Source of the DNA: Lachnospiraceae bacterium | GTDB taxonomy: Bacteria > Bacillota > Clostridia > Lachnospirales > Lachnospiraceae | DNA length: 64,000 bases | Assembly: GCA_045657665.1 (NCBI GenBank) | Contig: JAZOTN010000030.1 | Coordinates: forward strand, 38,364-102,363 | Reading direction: 5' to 3' | In this document: piece after piece, positions 27,938 to 37,313 of the stretch | Position numbering within the stretch: position 1 is the first letter of the stretch | How the letters are laid out: every line of letters begins with the position of its first letter | Program-made: the position numbers and the translations under genes | The notes under the pieces: model-generated | The model's database searches: none | What the model was told of the DNA's origin: nothing | Seen by the model: only the letters and a program-made list of their open reading frames with translations

Positions 27938-29421
27938 AAAGATCCGGAACGTTTGCGGGAAAACTTATTCTTGCCATGACACTGCTCCTTGGCGGCACGA
28001 TCCTTTTTACCGTGCTGATGAATACGTTTTTCCTGGATGATTATTATCAGAAAAAAAGAGAGAATGATCTGAAGGAAACGTATCTTTTGATCGATAATGC
28101 CGTAAAACTCGGTATCAGCGGGACGGACAGCTTTTCCGTGCAGCTGCAGATTGCCACAGACCGCGGAAACATTGACGCGATCCTGATCGCACCCGATGGT
28201 ACCGTACTCCGGTCCACGGCGAATAATTATGACCAGCTCCGTGAACAGTTTATGATGCTGCTCCGGATCTCCGACAGCCCGGAGAAGACCATCGAGAAAA
28301 CGGATGATTACCTGATCTTAAAGCAGGAGGATGAAAGACTTCAGAGGGAGTATCTGGTGCTTTGGGGGACGCTTTACGACGGCAATTTCGTGATGCTGAG
28401 GAGCGCGCTGGAAAGTATCCACGATACAGCTGCACTTTCAAACCGCTTTTTGCTTGGTACGGGTCTTCTGTCAGCGGCGGTGGGTATTCTTATCATGCTG
28501 CTGCTTACACGACGGATGACAAGACCGCTCGTGCAGCTTTCCGGGATTTCAAAACGTATGGCGGAGCTTGATTTTGACGCGAAATATGAGGGGCATTTTT
28601 CGCAGGAGGTGGATGAGCTCGGAGAGAACATGAACCTGCTTTCTTCAAATCTCGAGAGAACCATTTCGGAGCTGAAGAGTGCGAATAATACCCTGCAGCT
28701 TGACAACGAAAGAAAGACCGAGATCGATGAGATGCGGAAAGAATTTCTTTCCAACGTTTCCCATGAACTGAAAACACCGCTTGCATTGATCCGCGGTTAT
28801 GCGGAGGGACTTTCCGACGGGATCGCGGATGAAGACGCGGAGAGCAGGAAGTTTTATTGCGAGGTCATCACGGACGAAGCGGACAAGATGAGCAGGATGG
28901 TCGGCAAGCTCCTTTCCCTGAACCAGCTGGAGTTCGGCGGAAATGAAGTGACCATGGAGCGGTTTGATGTGGCGGAGATGATCCGGGGTGTACTTTCGAC
29001 CAGTTCACTTCTTTTTGAGCAGGAGGGGATCGAAACCTCGTTTGAGGAGGAGACACCGGTATTTGTCTGGGCGGACGAGAGTCTGACCGAAGGGGTACTG
29101 ACCAATTATGTGAGTAACGCCATTCACCACTGCCTGCCCGGAAAAGACGGGAAAAAGAGGATCCGTATCACGGTTGAACGCGAAGAAAAACAGGTACGGA
29201 TCAGTGTGTTCAATACCGGAAGCCCCATTCCGGAGGACGAGCTTTCCAAGATCTGGATCAAGTTTTATAAAGTCGATAAGGCAAGGACAAGGGAATATGG
29301 CGGCAGCGGCATCGGCCTTTCCATTGTGAAGGCGAGTATGGATCTGATGCACAGAGAGTGCGGCGCCATCAACCATCCGGACGGCGTGGAATTTTGGATG
29401 GAACTTGATACGGGAACCTGA
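27934..29421 (+). CDS. Sensor histidine kinase (TM-sensor-TM-HAMP-HisKA-HATPase)
   Basis: H-box SHELKTPL, N-box NYVSNAIHH and G-box GGSGIGLSIV. The ATGA overlaps the previous gene. Confidence 0.92.
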   Translation: MKRSGTFAGKLILAMTLLLGGTILFTVLMNTFFLDDYYQKKRENDLKETYLLIDNAVKLGISGTDSFSVQLQIATDRGNIDAILIAPDGTVLRSTANNYDQLREQFMMLLRISDSPEKTIEKTDDYLILKQEDERLQREYLVLWGTLYDGNFVMLRSALESIHDTAALSNRFLLGTGLLSAAVGILIMLLLTRRMTRPLVQLSGISKRMAELDFDAKYEGHFSQEVDELGENMNLLSSNLERTISELKSANNTLQLDNERKTEIDEMRKEFLSNVSHELKTPLALIRGYAEGLSDGIADEDAESRKFYCEVITDEADKMSRMVGKLLSLNQLEFGGNEVTMERFDVAEMIRGVLSTSSLLFEQEGIETSFEEETPVFVWADESLTEGVLTNYVSNAIHHCLPGKDGKKRIRITVEREEKQVRISVFNTGSPIPEDELSKIWIKFYKVDKARTREYGGSGIGLSIVKASMDLMHRECGAINHPDGVEFWMELDTGT

Positions 29422-29440
29422 AACGGATATAATGATTAGT

Positions 29441-30241
29441 ATGAAAAACAAAGACAGAATGCGTAAAAAAATATGTGTGAGGATTATGCCCCTCATCCTG
29501 GCGGGCGCAATGCTGTTTTTTGCAGGATGCGGAGAAGCACTTGTTGACATGACGCCGGAAGAAGAGGCTAAGGTTACGACCTATGCCGCTCATATTATCG
29601 CAAAATACAACAAGAAGCAGCCGGACGGACTGAGACGTGTTTTCCTTCCGGAAGAGGAAGAGGCAGAAACCGCGGAGCGCCCGGCGGAAGAAATCCCTGC
29701 GCCGGAAGAGAGCACGGAGATGAGCACCGAGGGATTTTATGATCCGGAGGAATATGCGGACGTACCGACGACAACCGGGACCAATATGGACGCGGTCGAA
29801 CTCAGGGAGGATACCGGTGCGGTTCCGATGTCACTTACGGACGTGATCGGGATCCCGGGCTTTGATATGAAATGGACCGGCACAGAGATCGCAGATGATT
29901 ATATGGACCCGTCCGGGGCCACCCTTGCGACCCCGAATGCTGGGAAACGCTATGTGATCCTCACGGTGACGGTTACGAATCTCACTGATTCGGAGCAGCT
30001 CTGCAATGTCGCCGAGCTGGTACCGGACTTTAAGCTGTATCCGAACGGAGAAAGCGGAATTACCGCAAGTCAGATGCTGATCTCGACTGATTTCCCCACG
30101 ATGAATGAGGTCGTCCCCGCGGGAGAAAGCGTCGAAAGAAAGATATTTTTCCAGCGGAAAGCATCGGATATATCCGATACGGACACATATGAACTGGAAG
30201 TGACGCTCAACGGGGTCGTCGGAGCGATTTCACAGGAATAG
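29441..30241 (+). CDS. Lipoprotein with a DUF4352-like beta-sandwich domain
   Basis: Signal peptide plus lipobox (MLFFAGC), an acidic linker, and C-terminal RYVILTVTVTNLTDSEQ typical of DUF4352-type domains. The start is set at MKNKDRM. Confidence 0.65.
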   Translation: MKNKDRMRKKICVRIMPLILAGAMLFFAGCGEALVDMTPEEEAKVTTYAAHIIAKYNKKQPDGLRRVFLPEEEEAETAERPAEEIPAPEESTEMSTEGFYDPEEYADVPTTTGTNMDAVELREDTGAVPMSLTDVIGIPGFDMKWTGTEIADDYMDPSGATLATPNAGKRYVILTVTVTNLTDSEQLCNVAELVPDFKLYPNGESGITASQMLISTDFPTMNEVVPAGESVERKIFFQRKASDISDTDTYELEVTLNGVVGAISQE

Positions 30242-30414
30242 CCGGCTTGAGCGAAACCAAAAAACGGATACCTGACAAGATTTATAATGGAATGCTATAT
30301 TTCGTTTAAATTTTTATAATTTTTTACAATAATTTGATTTTTTTTTGAAATTAGTTGTGCTATAATACTCTGTGTGTGACAAACACTTGATAAAGTTTGG
30401 AGGATAAGCATTCT

Positions 30415-31326
30415 ATGGAAACTAATATCTTGCTGGAAAACGGTACGAATGAGCTGGAGGTCTTGGAGTTCACACTGAACGAGAATCATTACGGTATCAA
30501 TGTCGCGAAGATTCGTGAAATCCTTTCCTATCAGCCGGTAACGCCGGTACCGAATGCGAACCCGAATGTCGAGGGGATTTTCATGCCGCGTGATCAGATG
30601 ATCTCAGTGATCAGTCTGAAACGGTGTTTGGGACTTCCGGAAGATGAAAACGAAGGACTTTTCATTATTACGAATTTCAACAGCTTGCATGTGGCGTTTC
30701 ATGTCGACGCCGTGATCGGTATCCACAGACTTTCCTGGACCGACATCATCACTCCGAACGCTACGATGAACACTGAGGAAGCCGGTGTTTCCACCGGTGT
30801 TGTTCGGATCAACGGCAAGCTTGTCGTGATTCTTGACTTCGAGAAGATCGTTACCGATATCAGCCCGGAGACCGGCCTCAAGGTATCTGAGATTGAGCAG
30901 TTCACTGAGCGTGACCGTTCGGATTCTCCGATCATGATCGCAGAGGATTCGGCGCTTCTTTCCAAGATGATCACAGAATGCCTAAAGAAATCCGGATATA
31001 CTTCGCTCATCGTCAATCCGAACGGACAGGAAGCATGGGACAAGCTTTGTGAATACAAGAAAGAGGGCACGGTTCATTCCAAGGTACACTGCATTATTAC
31101 CGATATCGAGATGCCGCTGATGGATGGACATCGTCTTACCAAACTTGTCAAGGAAGATGATGATTTAAAGAGCATACCGGTCGTTATTTTCTCCTCGCTT
31201 GTTAACGACGAGATGAGACGGAAAGGTGAAGCACTCGGCGCAGACGCTCAGCTCACCAAACCGGAGATTGGAAAGCTTGTAGCGGCAGTGGATGAACTGA
31301 TCGACAACAATCCTGCCGCACGATAA
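30415..31326 (+). CDS. cheV: Chemotaxis protein CheV (CheW-like domain + receiver domain)
   Basis: N-terminal CheW-like domain (ELEVLEFTLNENHYGINVAKIREI) and C-terminal REC domain (IMIAEDS...ITDIEMPLMDG...VIFSS). ATG 30415 is preceded by GGAGGA. Confidence 0.88.
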   Translation: METNILLENGTNELEVLEFTLNENHYGINVAKIREILSYQPVTPVPNANPNVEGIFMPRDQMISVISLKRCLGLPEDENEGLFIITNFNSLHVAFHVDAVIGIHRLSWTDIITPNATMNTEEAGVSTGVVRINGKLVVILDFEKIVTDISPETGLKVSEIEQFTERDRSDSPIMIAEDSALLSKMITECLKKSGYTSLIVNPNGQEAWDKLCEYKKEGTVHSKVHCIITDIEMPLMDGHRLTKLVKEDDDLKSIPVVIFSSLVNDEMRRKGEALGADAQLTKPEIGKLVAAVDELIDNNPAAR

Positions 31327-31344
31327 AGATAACGCAACGACGCG

Positions 31345-31384
31345 AGGGATGTGGTGACAGGTCATCGCATCCCTTATCTTATTT
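31345..31384 (+). terminator. Intrinsic terminator after cheV
   Basis: Long imperfect hairpin AGGGATGTGGTGAC-loop-GTCATCGCATCCCT followed by a T-rich tail TATCTTATTT. Confidence 0.65.
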
Positions 31385-31432
31385 CATAGGAGATTGCTCC
31401 GCAAATTCTATGAAATATAACAGGAGGTTTTT

Positions 31433-33271
31433 TTGAGCTCATCGGAAGACTATCTGGATCAACTTTTAAATGGAATGATCACGGAAGAAAAAGACAATAT
31501 CACTTCCCCTGGCTCCGGACAGATCGGAGAAGGGGCTTTTTCGGATGATATTTTCGGAAATGATGATATTTTCGGCACTTCGGATGAGGACTTCCTGAAA
31601 GAATTCGAGAGCGGACTTGATAACGATGACGACGGATTCTTTCAGGAACTTGATAAGGAATTGCAGAATGACGGGGATGAGGATCCGCTGAAACTCGATT
31701 CCGGTGAAGACAGTCTCTTTTTTCAGAATCTGGACGATCTCGTGAGCAAATCGCGTGCGGAGGCGGATGAATCCATAGATTCGATGACGCCCACCTCTCA
31801 GAGAGCTTCCGATGAGAATTTTAATCTGACGGAAGGCGCGGCCAACAATGGGAATGAGATCCCGGATTCCATTCCGGAAGATATCCGGAACCTACTTGAA
31901 CCGACAGGCGATCAGGCAAAGACGCCGCAAGATGAGGAGATGCCTTCGGAAGAATCGACATCTGAGATCGATCCGGATCAGCCCACGCTCAATGAGTTCG
32001 CGGAAATCATGGATACTGACGGGGGAGATGCTATCGGAGAAGCAGCATCTGACGCAGGAGATGTTTCCCAGGCGGATGAGACGCCGGCCGGAGAAGAGGA
32101 CAGGGAGATCGAGGTCCCGGATATGGCTTCCATTGCCGCTGCAGCTGCTGCAGATTCCGGTATCGTAGATGAAGACTCTGTGGCGGAAAGCGAAGATGAT
32201 TCGGATGACCTTCTGAATCTTCTGGATGGGATGCAGGAAGGCGATGCCAGTGATATCAGCGCACTGCTCAGCCAGGATGCTTCCGGAGTACAGGAACTCT
32301 CCGAGGAGGAGATCGAATCGCTTCAGAGTGAGCTCGGCGGCGGATCTGCGTCCGGCGGAGAAGAAAGTGAAGAGGCAGAAGAGAGCGGAGGAAAGCGTCG
32401 CCGGAAAAAAGGGAAAAAAGAAAAGAAAGCCGGGAAAGAAAAGGGCCCGGGATTCTTTGCTAAGCTCGCTGCACTCCTTTTCGGCAGCGACGATGATATC
32501 AGCGAGTCCAATATGGTTCAGGCGCCTCCGGATGAATCGGCAGGCCCGGTAGATGAAAATCTTGCCATCCTTCAGGAACTGGATGCCGCGGGTGAAGGCG
32601 AACCCGGGGTACCTGCAAAGGGAAAGAAAAAGAAGGAAAAGAAAGAAAAGAAACCGAAGAAGGAAAAGAAGCCAAAGGAACCGAAACCCAAGAAAGAAAA
32701 GAAGCCCAAGAAAGAAAAGAAGCCGAAGGAGAAGGATACTTCTCCGCCGCTTCCGAAAAAAGGCGTTGTGGTTATCGTACTCTTTGCGATCTCCATCCTT
32801 GTGTTCATCATCCTGCTGACAAAGCTGTTCGGATCCGAGAACAAGCTGGAAGAAGCGAGAAAGGCATATGAGAACGGGGATTATATCAGCGCCTATAAGG
32901 ACCTGACCGGGATGAAACTGTCCGAGAATGATCAGGAGCTTCAGGACAAAGCACAGATCCTTGCCTCCATCCAAAAGCCTTGTGAAGACGCGGATATCCT
33001 GTACAAAATGGGCAAATATGACATGGCGCTTGACAGCCTTATCAGATCCATCGGACGCTGCTATAACTATGAGGAGATTGCCAAGGACTATGGTATCACG
33101 GATACGATCCTGCAGCTCAGGGAGGCATCCGTACAAAAGCTTGGCACGTTGTTCGGCCTTTCTGAAGAGGAAGCGAGAGATATCTATTCGGAGAATGATC
33201 GTGAAGACTATTCGATCCGGATCCTTACCATCATAAAGAATCTCGGCCTTGCAGAAGAGGAATCGAAATGA
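31433..33271 (+). CDS. Highly charged single-pass membrane protein (acidic N-terminal half, poly-Lys/Glu/Pro tract, TM, TPR-like C-terminus)
   Basis: TTG start after AGGAGG. D/E-rich low-complexity region, KKKKEKKEKKPKKEKKPKEPKPKKEKKPKKEKKPKEK, TM VVVIVLFAISILVFIILLT, then a helical-repeat C-terminus. Confidence 0.6.
   Translation: MSSSEDYLDQLLNGMITEEKDNITSPGSGQIGEGAFSDDIFGNDDIFGTSDEDFLKEFESGLDNDDDGFFQELDKELQNDGDEDPLKLDSGEDSLFFQNLDDLVSKSRAEADESIDSMTPTSQRASDENFNLTEGAANNGNEIPDSIPEDIRNLLEPTGDQAKTPQDEEMPSEESTSEIDPDQPTLNEFAEIMDTDGGDAIGEAASDAGDVSQADETPAGEEDREIEVPDMASIAAAAAADSGIVDEDSVAESEDDSDDLLNLLDGMQEGDASDISALLSQDASGVQELSEEEIESLQSELGGGSASGGEESEEAEESGGKRRRKKGKKEKKAGKEKGPGFFAKLAALLFGSDDDISESNMVQAPPDESAGPVDENLAILQELDAAGEGEPGVPAKGKKKKEKKEKKPKKEKKPKEPKPKKEKKPKKEKKPKEKDTSPPLPKKGVVVIVLFAISILVFIILLTKLFGSENKLEEARKAYENGDYISAYKDLTGMKLSENDQELQDKAQILASIQKPCEDADILYKMGKYDMALDSLIRSIGRCYNYEEIAKDYGITDTILQLREASVQKLGTLFGLSEEEARDIYSENDREDYSIRILTIIKNLGLAEEESK
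32617..32735 (+). repeat. Purine-rich low-complexity coding repeat (AAG/GAA/CCN)n
   Basis: About 120 nt made almost entirely of AAA/AAG/GAA/CCG codons, encoding (KKEKKP)n. Confidence 0.8.
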
Positions 33272-33891
33272 TCGCGGTAATTGATTATGATGCGGGCAAT
33301 ATCAGAAGCGTAGAAAAGGCGCTGGCATTTCTCGGTGAGGAGGTATGCATATCGGCGGATCCGAAAGAGATCCTGTCTGCTGATGCAGCAATCCTTCCGG
33401 GAGTCGGCGCCTTTGGCGTTGCTATGGAGCATCTTGCGGAAAGGAAACTGGATGGGGTGATCCGGGAATTTGTCTGTTCTGAGAAGAAGCCGTTTCTCGG
33501 GATCTGCCTGGGACTGCAGCTTCTGTTTGAAAGGAGCGATGAGAACCCGGAGGCGAAGGGGTTGTCCCTCCTTAACGGAAAGATTCTGAGGATCCCGTCG
33601 GAGGGCGGCAGGAAGGTTCCGGAGATCGGATGGAATTCTCTCTCCTTCCCAAATGAGAGCAGATTGTTCCGAGGGATTCCGGAAGGCGCGTATGTGTATT
33701 TCGTTCACTCCTATTATCTGGCGGCGCAGGACAGTCGGGTTGTTGCCGCGGAAACAGAATACGGTGTGACGATCCATGCCGCGGTGGAATCGGGGAATCT
33801 CTTTGCCTGTCAGTTCCATCCGGAAAAGAGCGGTGCGGTAGGGCTGAAGATTCTTCAGAATTTTATCGGAGTGGTAAAAGAGAGATGCTGA
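33268..33891 (+). CDS. hisH: Imidazole glycerol phosphate synthase, glutamine amidotransferase subunit
   Basis: [15 protein letters not shown], catalytic GICLGLQLL, and HSY...QFHPEKS. Confidence 0.9.
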   Translation: MIAVIDYDAGNIRSVEKALAFLGEEVCISADPKEILSADAAILPGVGAFGVAMEHLAERKLDGVIREFVCSEKKPFLGICLGLQLLFERSDENPEAKGLSLLNGKILRIPSEGGRKVPEIGWNSLSFPNESRLFRGIPEGAYVYFVHSYYLAAQDSRVVAAETEYGVTIHAAVESGNLFACQFHPEKSGAVGLKILQNFIGVVKERC

Positions 33892-34646
33892 CGAAACGGA
33901 TAATCCCGTGTCTGGATATTCATGCGGGACGGGTGGTAAAAGGTATTAATTTTGTCAATTTAAGAGACGCCGGTGATCCGGTTTCCGTGGCGGCTGCTTA
34001 TGATGCCGCGGGAGCGGATGAACTGGTCTTTCTTGATATAACGGCTTCTTCCGATGCACGGGATACGGTTGTGGAAACCGTTCGTCAGGTGGCGGAAAAG
34101 GTGTTTATTCCGTTTACGGTAGGCGGCGGGATCCGAACGATCGATGATTTTCGTGCGATCCTCAGGGAGGGGGCGGACAAGATCTCGGTCAATTCCGCTG
34201 CAATTGACCGCCCGGCGCTGATCTCCGAAGCTGCGGACAAGTTCGGCAGCCAGTGTGTAGTGGTTGCGATCGATGCAAAGCGGAGAGAGGACGGGAGCGG
34301 ATGGAATATCTATAAGCATGGAGGACGGCTGGACTGCGGGATCGATGCAATCTGGTGGGCAGCCGAGGCAGAGCGGCTCGGAGCCGGAGAGATCCTGCTT
34401 ACAAGCATGGATGCCGACGGAACAAAAGAAGGTTATGATATGGAGCTGACAAAGGCTGTGACCGATACGGTTTCGATCCCGGTGATCGCTTCCGGCGGAG
34501 CGGGGGAAAAGAGGCATTTCGCGGATGTCCTTCGATCGGGCGGAGCAGATGCGGCGCTGGCAGCCTCCCTTTTTCATTACAAGGAGCTTGAGATCGCTGA
34601 TCTTAAGGACTATCTTGCAGCGGAAGGGATTCCGGTGCGAAGGTGA
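33885..34646 (+). CDS. hisF: Imidazole glycerol phosphate synthase, cyclase subunit
   Basis: [36 protein letters not shown] and IASGGAG. Confidence 0.92.
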   Translation: MLTKRIIPCLDIHAGRVVKGINFVNLRDAGDPVSVAAAYDAAGADELVFLDITASSDARDTVVETVRQVAEKVFIPFTVGGGIRTIDDFRAILREGADKISVNSAAIDRPALISEAADKFGSQCVVVAIDAKRREDGSGWNIYKHGGRLDCGIDAIWWAAEAERLGAGEILLTSMDADGTKEGYDMELTKAVTDTVSIPVIASGGAGEKRHFADVLRSGGADAALAASLFHYKELEIADLKDYLAAEGIPVRR

Positions 34647-34652
34647 GGGATT

Positions 34653-35342
34653 ATGGCGGCAATCGACAATGACTGGCTGGAGCCGCTTTCCGCGGAGTTT
34701 AAGAAGCCGTACTACAAAGAACTGTATACATTTGTCCGAAAGGAATATTCCGCCGCCGCTGTGTATCCGCCGGCGGATGAGATTTTTACTGCCTTTCACC
34801 TGACACCTCTTTCAAAGGTTCGGGTCGTGATCCTTGGACAGGATCCATACCATGAACCGGGTCAGGCACACGGGCTTTCTTTTTCCGTAAAGCCCGAGGT
34901 GACGATCCCTCCGTCTCTTGAGAATATCTATAAAGAACTGCAGAGTGATTTAGGCTGCTATATCCCGGATAACGGATATCTTGTCAAATGGGCCAGGCAG
35001 GGCGTGCTGATGCTGAATACGATCCTGACGGTCAGAGCCCACCAAGCATTCTCCCACAAGGGAAGAGGCTGGGAACAGTTCACGGACGCGGCTATTGAAG
35101 CGGTGAATGCCCTTGACCGGCCGGTAGCGTTCCTCCTTTGGGGAAAGCCGGCGCAGAGTAAACGGGAGAAACTGACGAATTCAAGGCACCTGATCCTGAC
35201 GGCGCCGCACCCGAGTCCGCTTTCGGCGTACCGCGGTTTTTTCGGATGCAGACATTTCAGCCGGACAAACGCATTTCTGAAGGAAAACGGTTATGATCCT
35301 ATCGACTGGCAGATCGAAAACGCAGGCGGGATCAGAGGTTAA
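34653..35342 (+). CDS. ung: Uracil-DNA glycosylase (family 1)
   Basis: Catalytic water-activating loop GQDPYH, GVLMLNT, and the leucine-loop region HPSPLSA. Confidence 0.92.
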   Translation: MAAIDNDWLEPLSAEFKKPYYKELYTFVRKEYSAAAVYPPADEIFTAFHLTPLSKVRVVILGQDPYHEPGQAHGLSFSVKPEVTIPPSLENIYKELQSDLGCYIPDNGYLVKWARQGVLMLNTILTVRAHQAFSHKGRGWEQFTDAAIEAVNALDRPVAFLLWGKPAQSKREKLTNSRHLILTAPHPSPLSAYRGFFGCRHFSRTNAFLKENGYDPIDWQIENAGGIRG

Positions 35343-35461
35343 TCGTTTTAGTAATATTGTATAAAAAAAGTTAACGCCAAGTTCATATTTTGTTCATAAT
35401 CACCTGTTATAGTATGAAACAAGCAGAAAGAGACCTATACTGATAAAATTTTTTCATAATA

Positions 35462-35535
35462 GCCCCGGTTGCCGCGTAAGCTTCCGGGGCACTCCTCTTT
35501 TTATGGCGTTTCGTGATCGAAACGCTGTTTTATTT
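35462..35535 (+). terminator. Two tandem intrinsic terminators
   Basis: GCCCCGG-loop-CCGGGGC followed by CTCTTTTT (35462-35502), then GCGTTTCG-TGAT-CGAAACGC followed by TGTTTTATTT (35506-35535). Confidence 0.7.
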
Positions 35536-35597
35536 GGCGGAAATATGATATAATACCCGACGATAATCGTTGATATGAATCATGTGGAGAGTATGGA

Positions 35598-37295
35598 ATG
35601 AGTAAAGCAGGGAAAACCGTGCTGGGAATCGTGATAGGAGTGCTTGCAGGCCTCGGCATCTTTTTTGTCGTTCTCATGGCAATACCGGATGATACGGAGC
35701 ATACGGAAAGAGCGGCAGAGACAAGGGAAACAAGTGAAGTGGCAGAGGTGAAAGAGGCCGTATATGAAGCGGAAAAGGAAGAGACGGGGATCCCGGTTGA
35801 CAGTGAACCCACGGTATCGGTGGGGACAAAGGCAGAGGATGCAACGATCCTTGTTTTCATGAACGGATCGGATCTGGAAACGAACTACGGCGAAGCAACG
35901 GAGGATATTTCCGAAATGCTGCAGTCCGGGATCGGGAACAATGTCAACCTGATCTTTCTGACCCTGGGGACCAAGGAATGGCATGGTCACGGGATATCCT
36001 CAGATACGGCACAGATCTACCGTGCAAAGGACGGAGAACTGGAGCTTCTCGAGGATAACCTCGGAGATCTGAACCTGGCATCCGCAAAAACACTGTCTGA
36101 TTTTATTACATACGGAACAACGAATTTCCCGGCAGACCGCTATATGATGCTGTTCTGGGATCACGGCGGCGGCCCTGTATATGGCGTGGGCTATGATGAC
36201 AAGAGAGGAAGCGACGAGGCGCTGACTTTGGACACGATGACAAAGGCGTTTTCGGAGCACCCTGATATCAAGTTTGATCTGGTCGGGATGGACTGCTGTA
36301 TCATGGCAAATATGGAAACTGGGATGGCGCTGGCGCCATACTGCAGGTATGCTGTTCTTTCCGAGGACTTTGAATCCGGACTCGGCTGGAATTATACGCA
36401 ATGGATGAGTGACTTTGAGGAGAATCCAGGTATGTCCACGCCGCTCCTCGGGAAGAGGATCATTGACAGCATGATAGAAGCCAATGAGAATGACCGGGAA
36501 GAAGGTGATGACTCTTCCATGACGCTTGTCAATGTGTCCGCAGTGGATACTTTGTTTGCCGCATGGCTGGATTATGCCTATGAAAATCAGGACGCCCTTC
36601 TCGGTACAAATTACAGTACCATGCATAAGGCTCGCGGACGTTCTTTTATCGAGGATGTCTGGGGAGGGGACTACAGCGATGTGACCCTGGAGGAATACTA
36701 TATCAGCGATATGCTGGCGATCGTAGAAAGTGTTGGTGCAGAAACGGATAAAACGAAAGCTCTTCGTGCCGCGCTCAAAGCCGCCATTGCGTATTATGCG
36801 CATTCAGGGGGAGCAGACGAGCTGACCGGGCTTTCGGTATCGCTGCCTTACGGAGATGACTATTTTTATGAGTCTCTGGTGAAGGTGTATACCAACCTGG
36901 GATTTGACAGCAATTACATCGACTGGCTCGGACAGTTTGTGGATGCGAGCGGTGTAAGCGACCACTACGATTACAGTTCCTTCTGCGATTCCTGGGGCGG
37001 CTGGGGCGATTATGAAGAAGAGTACGGCTGCAGCCTTTCCGGATGCGGAACAGGAAGCGGCGGATCGGATTATTGCGGGAGTTATTACAGCGACTCCGAT
37101 GATGAATATATCGGATTTGACTCGGATGACTGGACATATGATTACGAGGATGAGCTCTGGTATTATTATGATGACGGGTTGTATCTCTATGATGATGAGA
37201 GCGATGAATACATGTATTATGACGAATATGATGACCTCTTTTACGTCTATGACGATGCCAGCGAAGATTGGTATGCGATCGAAGACTGGGGGTAA
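35598..37295 (+). CDS. Membrane-anchored clostripain-family (C11) cysteine peptidase with an Asp/Tyr-rich C-terminal tail
   Basis: N-terminal TM. His/Cys dyad contexts LFWDHGGGP and LVGMDCCIMANME are typical of peptidase C11. The last ~90 aa are D/Y/E low complexity. Confidence 0.75.
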   Translation: MSKAGKTVLGIVIGVLAGLGIFFVVLMAIPDDTEHTERAAETRETSEVAEVKEAVYEAEKEETGIPVDSEPTVSVGTKAEDATILVFMNGSDLETNYGEATEDISEMLQSGIGNNVNLIFLTLGTKEWHGHGISSDTAQIYRAKDGELELLEDNLGDLNLASAKTLSDFITYGTTNFPADRYMMLFWDHGGGPVYGVGYDDKRGSDEALTLDTMTKAFSEHPDIKFDLVGMDCCIMANMETGMALAPYCRYAVLSEDFESGLGWNYTQWMSDFEENPGMSTPLLGKRIIDSMIEANENDREEGDDSSMTLVNVSAVDTLFAAWLDYAYENQDALLGTNYSTMHKARGRSFIEDVWGGDYSDVTLEEYYISDMLAIVESVGAETDKTKALRAALKAAIAYYAHSGGADELTGLSVSLPYGDDYFYESLVKVYTNLGFDSNYIDWLGQFVDASGVSDHYDYSSFCDSWGGWGDYEEEYGCSLSGCGTGSGGSDYCGSYYSDSDDEYIGFDSDDWTYDYEDELWYYYDDGLYLYDDESDEYMYYDEYDDLFYVYDDASEDWYAIEDWG

Positions 37296-37313
37296 CCGGG
37301 GGGAGAAAAGAGT

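Noticed and set aside
32617-32735. Purine-rich repeat as a CRISPR array or other non-coding tandem repeat
   Set aside because: There is no repeat-spacer periodicity. It is in frame within a long ORF and encodes a Lys/Glu/Pro tract.
31892-33136. 414-aa minus-strand ORF antisense to the charged membrane protein
   Set aside because: It is a translation of low-complexity purine/pyrimidine repeats (poly-Phe/Leu/Ser). It has no start context, and the plus-strand ORF has an RBS, a TM and translational coupling to hisH.
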